Of a DNA stretch of 32,000 nt, positions 7,513 through 15,403 are shown in pieces. Source of the stretch: Candidatus Kuenenia stuttgartensis. GTDB taxonomy: Bacteria > Planctomycetota > Brocadiia > Brocadiales > Brocadiaceae. Below the pieces are notes generated by a model. The model saw only the letters and a program-made list of their open reading frames with translations, searched no databases and had not been told where the DNA came from. A program made the position numbers and the translations under genes. The stretch spans positions 2,040,001 to 2,072,000 of the forward strand of contig NZ_LT934425.1 in assembly GCF_900232105.1 (NCBI RefSeq), read 5' to 3'. How positions within the stretch are numbered: the first letter of the stretch is position 1; each line of letters starts with the position of its first letter.

Positions 7513-10500
7513 TTAGGGTTGTTTTTTAATTAGCCCTAAAGAACAAATAATTTGAGGTTCTTTGTATGTTTTTTCCTCTTCTTTTGTATTACATAATTTA
7601 TCTTCATCTCTCAGTGATACGACCAGGTTTGCCAGGTCTTCATCAGATATGCCCGCCTTTAACTGCCTGTTTAATGTTTCCCGTGCGAATTCTTTCAGCG
7701 GGAATTTATATATATCGTCTATAGCCCTTTTCATTGCATCATTTACAAACAGGGTACCTTTGTATTCCTCATAATGGCGGTTCAATCGCATATATGTTCT
7801 ATATCGGGCGCTTGATTTTTTGCCTAACTGGCCGCCAATGGTGCTCTCAACTTGTATGATATGCTCTATTCCTTTTTCCACCAGCTTGTGATGATTATCC
7901 AATTTAAATAATGGCGTTGTATCAGGATTGCATTCTGCCGCCCTTAGAATAACAAGTTGCGATTGTGTAATAATTTCACCCTTTCTGTCTACCCATATTA
8001 AAACATCATTGTCATCTGCCGTTCTTGTGTAAACAACAACCCCGTCATCTATTTTCTCATCTTCGTGTTTCAGTGATTTCGTGGCATAGATTACATGAGG
8101 CAAATCAGGGATTGTTTTTTTCAAGGTTGGGTCGGCATCGGTGGCATTTTTCCATATCTGATAAGCATAGGACGCCAAATCAACTTCTGTATCGTCTTCT
8201 TCATCGAGTATGCCCTGTTTTTCGTTATAAAAGTCGTGAATTCTAACCGGGTCACCGTCAAAAAATACCTCATCAGAACCAACCACCTCAGCGTTTTCCT
8301 TTATTCTCTTTCCAAGCCTGCCTCTTAATTTTATAATTTTTTCTATACCATCCTCAGGTAAAAATGAATAGCAGAGTATTTTGTCTGACTTCTGCCCGAT
8401 TCGGTCTACCCTTCCTGCCCTTTGAATAAGCCGGATTATAGCCCAGGGCAGATCATAATTGACGATGATATGTCCGTCCTGCAGGTTTTGACCTTCACTT
8501 AAGACATCGGTTGTTATTAAAACCCTTATCTCATCGCGGGCATTTGCGATTTCTTTTTTGTTATTGCTTACCGGGCTAAATCTATATGCAAACGTTGTAG
8601 GGTCTTCACTATCGCCCGTAACACATTCTATTTGATGTACGTTTCTCTTTTTCAATTCATCATGTAAGTAATATGCGGTATCTGAGAATTGTGTGAATAT
8701 CAAAAGTTTTCCTTTCGGATATTTATTTGCGCAAAGATCATATAATGCGTTTAATCGCCTGTCATCAGCGGGGTTCCAGTCCTTGCCTATCTTTAATATT
8801 TTTAGAATTTCTTTACTGTCATTGATTAATATATTTTTCAATGTATTTTCAAAGAAACCGCTTCTGATCCAGTCAAAACGGTTATGATAGTTGGTTTCAT
8901 ATAATGTATAAATCTTCTTAGCCTGTGCATAGTAACCCTCTTCATCAAGTAAAATCTTCATTGTGCCTTCGTTTGTGCCTGCATTATCGAAGTCAACATC
9001 ATCCAGAAATTCATCAAGCATATTTGCTTCCTGAGCGCCTATTGGGAGCAGCAGGTTGTTCTCTAATGCATAAACATAAATATAATTACGCAGAATATGG
9101 CGGCTTAATGATACCAGAAAAGAATAACCACTGCTTTCTAACCTTTTAAAGAGATTTGTCCTGCAAAAGCCCATGAGCCGCCTGCCTGCATGAGATAGAT
9201 TATCCTGTATAACTGTTTCTTCTTTTGTTGGTTTAAGGGTGGTCTTTTTATCAAGATAATTACCCAGTCCGTATCTCGGAAGATTTAGACTGTTAATGGT
9301 ATCTACAACTGTGTCAGAATATAATTTTGCATATTGGTCTTTCGGGTCGTTGTGGTTAAAATCGTATTCAACCTTTTTCGGTACCCTGTCGGGGAAATAG
9401 GAACGACTGCCGTCTGAAAACAGGAGATATTTCCTGCCGTTGACAGGGTCTGTTTCCGCATAATTCTGTTTAATAAAACTTCTTGGCCTTCTTACCATAT
9501 ATAACCGCATCAGTTCCCGCCAATCATCAGCGTAGGAGCTTTTTTCGAATGCGGGTAATGTTGTTGCAGAGTACTGATATTTAGCCATAAATTGAACCCT
9601 GCCGCCTATACTTTCGATAAACTTTTCGGGGCTGATACCTAAATCTTTATCTTCCTGAATAAAAAGGCGAAGTTGATTGGATAAATCAAGGTACGTTTTA
9701 TTATACGGTGTAGCAGAAATCATAATGACTTTGCTCTCGTTAATCTGGATGTATTCCTGAATAGCCCTGTATCGTTTGCCTTCCCTGTTTCTTAAATTAT
9801 GGCTCTCGTCAATGATGATTAATCGGTATCTTCTTAGTTTTGGCAGAACAGACTGGACTTGTGTAATGGGCAAGACCTTTGCCCGTAATTGGTATGTATG
9901 CGCGTAATCCTCCCACATGTTTGTCAGGTTTTTCGGGCAGATTATAAGCGTTTCGAGGAAAAAGTCTTCTTCGAATATCTTTGCCAAAGCCGTTGCTGTA
10001 AGGGTTTTCCCAAACCCAACAACATCGCCAATTAAAACGCCGTCTCTTTTGTTCAGGTAATGCGCGGCGATTGAAACAGCCTTTTGCTGGAAGCTATGTA
10101 ATTTCTCTTGAAGTATCTTTGGGATTTTAAATTCTGTTAACCCCGCACGCGCCTCACGGGATAAGTGGTAGGCAATTTTTAGATAGATGTGAAAAGGCGA
10201 AACCAATCTGTCAGCAGCCCAGCTATTATCAATTATCTCTGCTAATTCTCCGGATATATCTATGCACCATCTGTCATTCCATCTGTCTTCAAACCATTTT
10301 GTCAGCTTTAATGCTGCATCTTGTTCCAAAACGTCAACATTTAATTCACCCTGATGAAGCAGTCCGGCAAGGGTTAAATTGCTGCTGCCCAGGTAACCGA
10401 TAATGGGACTTATTTTGTCGTCTCTGAATAATAGGTATAATTTGGCGTGTAATGTGTGTCTTAGAAAAAGTTTAACAAGTACCTTTTTGTCTTTTATCTG

Positions 10501-10860
10501 TTGAGATAACCTTCTTAAACCAATCTCGTCTTCATCTGTGGGAATGCCAATGGTTAATTGATCTTTAAATTCCTGCGCTAATTTCTTCCTTATGGTGGAT
10601 GCCGTCTGATTGTCAATAATAGCATGTTCAGCTTTACAGAAATACTCCCGTATGATTTCAAGCGGAGGTTTTTGCATCCCTATGAGCAACCTGCAACAAT
10701 TCCCCTCATCCCCTTTTAAATTGTCTATATGAACTGCAACCTGTTTCCACCCTCTTAAATTGAAATAACCAACACAAAAGTCGCCCCTGTAAGACACCTC
10801 CAGGGTATTGTTTAATCCCTGAACTAAATGGTTTTCGATGTTATCAAATATTTTTGGCAA
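7513..10860 (-). CDS. Fusion protein: N-terminal phospholipase-D-family (single HKD) nuclease-like domain + SNF2-family (SF2) helicase/translocase
   Basis: HKD motif LHAKLYLL..x..GYLGSSNLT (H138-A-K140 = nt 10449-10441). SNF2 motifs GDVVGFGKT (GFGKT at nt 10017-10003), IIIDESHNLRN (DESH at nt 9810-9799), ISATPYNK. C-lobe has TDVLSEGQNLQ and QRAGRVDRIGQ. TTG start; the N-terminus is MPKIFDNIENHL. Confidence 0.9.
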   Translation of the reverse strand: MPKIFDNIENHLVQGLNNTLEVSYRGDFCVGYFNLRGWKQVAVHIDNLKGDEGNCCRLLIGMQKPPLEIIREYFCKAEHAIIDNQTASTIRKKLAQEFKDQLTIGIPTDEDEIGLRRLSQQIKDKKVLVKLFLRHTLHAKLYLLFRDDKISPIIGYLGSSNLTLAGLLHQGELNVDVLEQDAALKLTKWFEDRWNDRWCIDISGELAEIIDNSWAADRLVSPFHIYLKIAYHLSREARAGLTEFKIPKILQEKLHSFQQKAVSIAAHYLNKRDGVLIGDVVGFGKTLTATALAKIFEEDFFLETLIICPKNLTNMWEDYAHTYQLRAKVLPITQVQSVLPKLRRYRLIIIDESHNLRNREGKRYRAIQEYIQINESKVIMISATPYNKTYLDLSNQLRLFIQEDKDLGISPEKFIESIGGRVQFMAKYQYSATTLPAFEKSSYADDWRELMRLYMVRRPRSFIKQNYAETDPVNGRKYLLFSDGSRSYFPDRVPKKVEYDFNHNDPKDQYAKLYSDTVVDTINSLNLPRYGLGNYLDKKTTLKPTKEETVIQDNLSHAGRRLMGFCRTNLFKRLESSGYSFLVSLSRHILRNYIYVYALENNLLLPIGAQEANMLDEFLDDVDFDNAGTNEGTMKILLDEEGYYAQAKKIYTLYETNYHNRFDWIRSGFFENTLKNILINDSKEILKILKIGKDWNPADDRRLNALYDLCANKYPKGKLLIFTQFSDTAYYLHDELKKRNVHQIECVTGDSEDPTTFAYRFSPVSNNKKEIANARDEIRVLITTDVLSEGQNLQDGHIIVNYDLPWAIIRLIQRAGRVDRIGQKSDKILCYSFLPEDGIEKIIKLRGRLGKRIKENAEVVGSDEVFFDGDPVRIHDFYNEKQGILDEEDDTEVDLASYAYQIWKNATDADPTLKKTIPDLPHVIYATKSLKHEDEKIDDGVVVYTRTADDNDVLIWVDRKGEIITQSQLVILRAAECNPDTTPLFKLDNHHKLVEKGIEHIIQVESTIGGQLGKKSSARYRTYMRLNRHYEEYKGTLFVNDAMKRAIDDIYKFPLKEFARETLNRQLKAGISDEDLANLVVSLRDEDKLCNTKEEEKTYKEPQIICSLGLIKKQP

Positions 10861-10971
10861 GGTATTTATATCCCGAATGACAATGAATGATAAAATGATA
10901 GGAAATTGCTTTTTCTCTGTGGGGGGGATATTAAAACAAAAATGATTAATAAAGCAAGTATTTTATTCTTT

Positions 10972-11121
10972 GTAAGAGTGTAGTTTTTTGAAAAATTCCA
11001 ATAATAGCGATGTTTGCCTAATAGTGTAGGAGCGAAGCATTTGCCGTAAATTGTCATAAATGCCTTCATACCCAAACGGGCAAATGCTTCGACCCTACTT
11101 TTTCAAAAACTAAAGTGTTAC
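10972..11121. repeat. Nested composite repeat: outer TIRs (GTAAGAGTGTAGTTTTTTGAAAAA / TTTTTCAAAAACTAAAGTGTTAC) enclosing an inner GTAGGAGCGAAGCATTTGCC...GGGCAAATGCTTCGACCCTAC palindrome
   Basis: Inner arms are 11026-11045 and 11078-11098. The outer ends match elements at 29745-29886 and 30435-30556 and parts of 23116-23370 and 25562-26090. It lies directly upstream of the SNF2 gene, at the right edge of the island. Confidence 0.8.
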
Positions 11122-11372
11122 CAATATTCAATTCTACAGAAATAAGGATATGCGGGGTATTCCCGGCAAAGTAATTGAATGGGATGGTTTTACTGTAAAA
11201 ATCAAATACAATCATATATATTTAATTGACATTTTCAATTCCTGGAAAGTTCTCGAAAATCTACTAAAAAATATTGGATTAGAAAAACCACACCCAGGGC
11301 AATCCAGCTGGCCACAAAAAGCTTGGCGGCCAATTTATTCGTTATGCAAAACCTTTTTAATGTCGGGTCACA

Positions 11373-12248
11373 ATGAACGGACTGATTAAATTGCTCATCA
11401 AATCCCTATCCCTTACAGTAGTGTTGGTGTTTGTAGGAATTTCCCTATCACATGCTGCTGAGTTGCAGAAACTCACTAATGCCAAATTGATAAATAACCC
11501 GGCAAATGATGGCGATAGCTTCTTTGTGGAAGCTGATGGAAAACCTCTCCATATCAGGCTTTATTTTGTTGACTGTCCTGAAACTTCAGCCGGCTCTAAA
11601 AGCGATGCGCAGCGAGTAAGGGAACAAATGCGCTATTTCGGATTGCCTGGCGTAGAACGCACTATTCATTTTGGCAATGAAGCAAAAATTTTTGCAGAAA
11701 GTATCCTTGCGAAACCTTTTACTATTCATACAGCCTTTGCAAGTGCCTTGGGAAGGTCAGCCAAAGGCCGCATATATGGGTTCATCACTACATCCGATGG
11801 AGATGATTTTGCGAGTCTACTCGTTAAAAAGGGTTTTGCCCGCACTTATGGTATAGGCAGAGAAACACCCGATGGAGTATCACGTGCTGAAATGATTGAA
11901 AGACTTCGGGATCTTGAGATTTCGGCCATTTTGAAACGTGTTGGTATTTGGTCGGTTTGTGACCCGGATCAGATTGCTGAACTTCGTTCAAAGCAACGTA
12001 GTGAAGATCAGGAATTAAAGGAATTACAAGGCCAGGTTAAAAAAGCACTCTCCCCCCAAAGCTTGCTTGACCTAAACACTGCCAGTAAAGAAGAGCTTCA
12101 ATCTATCAAAGGAATCGGTCCTGTTCTTGCAGAAAGAATTATAGCCGGTCGCCCCTATAGAGCCGTAGATGATTTGCTAAAAGTGAAAGGAATTAGCACT
12201 AAAACACTTGAAAAGATTCGTCCTTATGTTGCGGCAGGTAAAGAGTAG
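11373..12248 (+). CDS. Secreted staphylococcal-nuclease-like (SNase/thermonuclease fold) protein fused to a C-terminal ComEA-type helix-hairpin-helix DNA-binding domain
   Basis: Signal peptide MNGLIKLLIKSLSLTVVLVFVGISLSHA-AE. SNase-like N-terminal core DGDSFFVEADGKPLHIRLYFVDCPE. C-terminus LDLNTASKEELQSIKGIGPVLAERIIAGRPYRAVDDLLKVKGISTKTLEKIRPYV matches the ComEA HhH pattern. Confidence 0.75.
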   Translation: MNGLIKLLIKSLSLTVVLVFVGISLSHAAELQKLTNAKLINNPANDGDSFFVEADGKPLHIRLYFVDCPETSAGSKSDAQRVREQMRYFGLPGVERTIHFGNEAKIFAESILAKPFTIHTAFASALGRSAKGRIYGFITTSDGDDFASLLVKKGFARTYGIGRETPDGVSRAEMIERLRDLEISAILKRVGIWSVCDPDQIAELRSKQRSEDQELKELQGQVKKALSPQSLLDLNTASKEELQSIKGIGPVLAERIIAGRPYRAVDDLLKVKGISTKTLEKIRPYVAAGKE

Positions 12249-12285
12249 AGGAAAAACAGTCCCCAGTCTTCAATCTGCCGACTGT

Positions 12286-12324
12286 ATTAAAAATTTTGCC
12301 AAAAAATGCAAAGAAATTACTGAT
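12286..12324. repeat. 39-bp fragment (ATTAAAAATTTTGCCAAAAAATGCAAAGAAATTACTGA) of the mosaic intergenic repeat, between convergent genes
   Basis: Near-identical to 16966-17004, and to the ends of 23116-23370 and 25562-26090 apart from an internal insertion in those copies. Ends at the vWA gene stop codon. Confidence 0.75.
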
Positions 12325-14429
12325 TATGGTATCCATTCAACGGCATTTCCAACGGAAATGATGGTAGAAAAATCTTTTGACTGAGATCTTTTCCCCTCCT
12401 CATGAAATACTTGCCCCATATCATAGATTGAATTATCCAATTTAAAAGGAATGGCAAATCCTTTCTCATTAATATCGGCAACCACTATCTTACAAAGAGT
12501 TCCGAAGTCTCCAAATTCAAGGTTATAGCGGGGGTCTGTTTTGTCCGGGGATGATAGACGGTACCAGCCATCAGGATCTTTGCTTAATATCCAATTTTGG
12601 CAGAGTCCACCATCATAAGATGATGTAAGTATCACGTTATAAGGCTTCTCCAGCCCTATCCAAAAGCGAAATTCATTGATATACCTTGGTACATGTTCGC
12701 ACCATATAAATATTTCTGCCTGATTATATTTAATAACAGAAGGTGTGGAAAAGCGTATGATTCCTTCTATAGTCCTCCCAAAGATAGAAGAAGGTTCTAC
12801 TTCGTCATGCAATAAAGGTGTGCCGGTAATGCCACCGTAAGTAATTTCGTTTTTTACAATAAATTTTCCATCCTCCGGTTTTTTGGGAGTAATATATTTT
12901 ATTTTATATTGACCTTTTATATCTTTGATTGTTTGTTTAAATCTTTCTCGGAATACGGCTATATTTTCAGCATGAACATAAGTACCTCCGGTTTCCAGTG
13001 CGATATTTTTTAACACCTCCTCTTCGCTGCCTCTCCCTATTCCCAGTATATAGATGTGAACGTCCCTCTCTTTTGCCAGGGATATAACATTACCGGGAGT
13101 ATTAAAACTGCTATTGTCAAATCCGTCAGATAAGAATACGAGGGTTTTAAAAATATCTGGGTCTGGTTTTTCCGGGAATTGTTTTAATCCTTTTAGCACC
13201 GCATCCCAGCAACTCGAAAAATCCCGGTAAATCTTGCCGGAACTAAACTGGCTAACGGCTTCTATGGCGGCATTCTTATACGTCGTAAAATCTTGTAGAA
13301 TTGCAGGAGGTTCATCGGGTCTATGGAACTCAACCACACCTACCTGATGTGTATCATTAAGACTTTCTATTAAATCTTTAGCGCTTAGTGCCATCCGGGT
13401 AATATCCCCGTTCTTTTCATACATTGATGCTGAATAGTCCAGAACTATCATAACCTGTAATTGAAAATCGTCTTGTGTGTAAAGAAGTGCATGGCTCTCC
13501 AGATAATCAATCTCCGTTCCGTTTTCCCAAATCCTTATGTTTTTCCGGACAACTTTATTAGGGTCAAATAAAATAGCGTGATTGCTCTGGTCTCTTAATG
13601 AGAATATAAATTGTATCGTGTTGGGAATCTGATGGTCTGTTGTTTGATTTAATATCTTTATATTCCGAACAGGCTGTAGGATCTTTATGGGACGGACTTC
13701 ATCAAATAATGCCGGATTTCCGGCATCTTCTACCCGAATTGCATAATCATCCCCCTCCCGGATAAAATCATCAACTTTCCAGAGAAATGATCCTTTGGAA
13801 GTATCATCTTTCCTGAAATTATAATTGTCCGCAATGGTTCCAATTTTTTCTTCTTTTGAATAGAGAAAAATGTTTACACTTTCGCTTACGCCTGAAGTTG
13901 CCGTCCATTCTATTGACCTGTTATCACCTACGGATAATGAAGTGCTTGCTGCCGGAGATATAAGGGTTAATCTTTCTTCACTTTTTTGCACTAGTATTCG
14001 AACTTTAGCATCCCCTGCATTTGTGAAAATCCTTAATTCATCCATAGAACTACCATAGGACATCAAGTTTCTATCTATCTTTACGCTAATTTTTCCCGGG
14101 GTTTCCTTTATAGCGCCGGTTACAGGTTTAATGGTAAGCCAATGGGGGGTTTTTTTGTTCTCGATTTCAAAATTTAGATTTTTAACGTCCGGACGAAAAA
14201 AACCTTCAGCCTTTGCCGTATTTTTAATAGTAAATTCCATCTCTGTTTGTTTGTCTCCAAAATTCAAACTGATTGGAGAGATTTCAAGTATTGGCGGTGC
14301 ATCTCTGCGCAACAAAATAATCAGTATTGCAATAAATATTAAAGCAATGGTAATGTAAATAAATTTTTTTTTCTTCTTTGTCCTATATGGTTTTTTCTTT
14401 TCGCTATTATCTTTCGGTATATATGACAT
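12324..14429 (-). CDS. Membrane-anchored protein with beta-sandwich repeats and a von Willebrand factor type A (vWA) domain
   Basis: Lys-rich N-terminus plus TM helix FIYITIALIFIAILIILL. vWA MIDAS-like motif VMIVLDYSASM, with downstream VFLSDGFDNS and ETGGTY. Confidence 0.75.
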   Translation of the reverse strand: MSYIPKDNSEKKKPYRTKKKKKFIYITIALIFIAILIILLRRDAPPILEISPISLNFGDKQTEMEFTIKNTAKAEGFFRPDVKNLNFEIENKKTPHWLTIKPVTGAIKETPGKISVKIDRNLMSYGSSMDELRIFTNAGDAKVRILVQKSEERLTLISPAASTSLSVGDNRSIEWTATSGVSESVNIFLYSKEEKIGTIADNYNFRKDDTSKGSFLWKVDDFIREGDDYAIRVEDAGNPALFDEVRPIKILQPVRNIKILNQTTDHQIPNTIQFIFSLRDQSNHAILFDPNKVVRKNIRIWENGTEIDYLESHALLYTQDDFQLQVMIVLDYSASMYEKNGDITRMALSAKDLIESLNDTHQVGVVEFHRPDEPPAILQDFTTYKNAAIEAVSQFSSGKIYRDFSSCWDAVLKGLKQFPEKPDPDIFKTLVFLSDGFDNSSFNTPGNVISLAKERDVHIYILGIGRGSEEEVLKNIALETGGTYVHAENIAVFRERFKQTIKDIKGQYKIKYITPKKPEDGKFIVKNEITYGGITGTPLLHDEVEPSSIFGRTIEGIIRFSTPSVIKYNQAEIFIWCEHVPRYINEFRFWIGLEKPYNVILTSSYDGGLCQNWILSKDPDGWYRLSSPDKTDPRYNLEFGDFGTLCKIVVADINEKGFAIPFKLDNSIYDMGQVFHEEGKRSQSKDFSTIISVGNAVEWIP

Positions 14430-14492
14430 TTTTTCAAAACTCCTTTTCTTGTATCAATTTTTTAAACAATTATTCAAAATTATTGAATCATT

Positions 14493-14772
14493 GTAACTAT
14501 TCAGCGTAAACATTACGGCTGCACCCCCGCTTGTTCTCAAACCCTGTGTTGAGCCTGCCGAATTATCAGTTTGGAAACACATTTATCTGGGAAACTCCGG
14601 TTTTTCATACGGGTTAAGGCTTGCAAGCCATGGTTTAACGTTTAGGAATTTCAAGGTTAGGACTGAAAGGCTGTTAGTGTATATAGCCAGGGGTGCAGTC
14701 CTGGTTATATGCTTTCTGCTCTTCAGGCCTGTTGTATTTCGGTTGCTTAATATATTACTAATGAATAGTTTC
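14493..14772. mobile_element. Older, degenerate copy of the GTAACTATTCAGCGTAA-TIR MITE
   Basis: The left end GTAACTATTCAGCGTAAAC is identical to the copy at 25675. Interior blocks are shared (CAGTTTGGAAA..., GAAACTCCGGTTT). The right end is degenerate, TTACTAATGAATAGTTTC (14755-14772). Flanks GAATCATT / GAATTGTT match at 6 of 8 positions, as expected for an old target-site duplication. Confidence 0.55.
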
Positions 14773-15403
14773 GAATTGTTTTATATTCAATATTAAGCTT
14801 GTGCCAAACAATATGGACAATAGCCACTCTCTATCAAATAATATTAAAAATATCATCTATCCCTCAATATACCTGTATAGGCTCTGTTGAAAAATCCATA
14901 GTTGCCAAAATTTTTAAAAAATTCTATTTAACCATACTAACAACTTATGGCACATGTTTTTTTTAAACTGCGGAAATTTCGACGTTATCAATTGAGTTCG
15001 CCATTGTAATTATTAATCATAAATTCTGCAATCGATTTTTAAGGAGCAATAATCCGCCATTTACAATGTCCCCGGCTGACAAAAAACAATGGAAAAAATC
15101 GGAATTACGCATTTCCATCATGGTTGCTGCTAAATCAACATCGATAAACTTCTCTTTAAGCCTGTGTTCTGAAGTTAGGTTGCTTTTGGCAGTAATTTTT
15201 TAGAGATAAAACAAATTTTGGGGTCAAGATAAAAAGAAGGCGAATCGGTGTTCAAAGAAACGGCATGATGAATTAGAGAGTGGCAATGCAGAATAGGCAA
15301 TAAAGGCTGTAAGGATATTGTTGTCTTATACTCCATGTTCCGGAAAAAAATTACTAAGTAAATCGTAAATCAAATGCTGTAAATGTTCACGTTGGGTTTC
15401 GAT

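Noticed and set aside
1763-10000. Other short ORFs antisense to the helicase, methylase and SNF2 genes (e.g. 1763..1996, 2816..3223, 4591..4842, 6429..6641, 6996..7382, 7562..7774, 8025..8328, 8693..9149)
   Set aside because: All lie inside long, motif-supported genes on the opposite strand. They have low-complexity or hydrophobic nonsense-like translations and no recognisable motifs.
10866-11389. ORFs 10866..11075 (-) and 11150..11389 (+)
   Set aside because: The first is made almost entirely of the nested repeat element. The second has no RBS or motif and runs into the signal-peptide region of the nuclease gene. I cannot exclude a small protein, but there is no support for one.
14430-15403. 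tRNA, small RNA or small ORF in the 970-bp gap between the vWA and symporter genes (e.g. a 46-codon ORF from the ATG at about 15066)
   Set aside because: No cloverleaf-compatible sequence or GTTCGAATC-like T-arm was seen. The candidate ORF has its AAGGAG about 19 nt from the ATG and no recognisable product. Part of the gap is explained by the decayed MITE copy.
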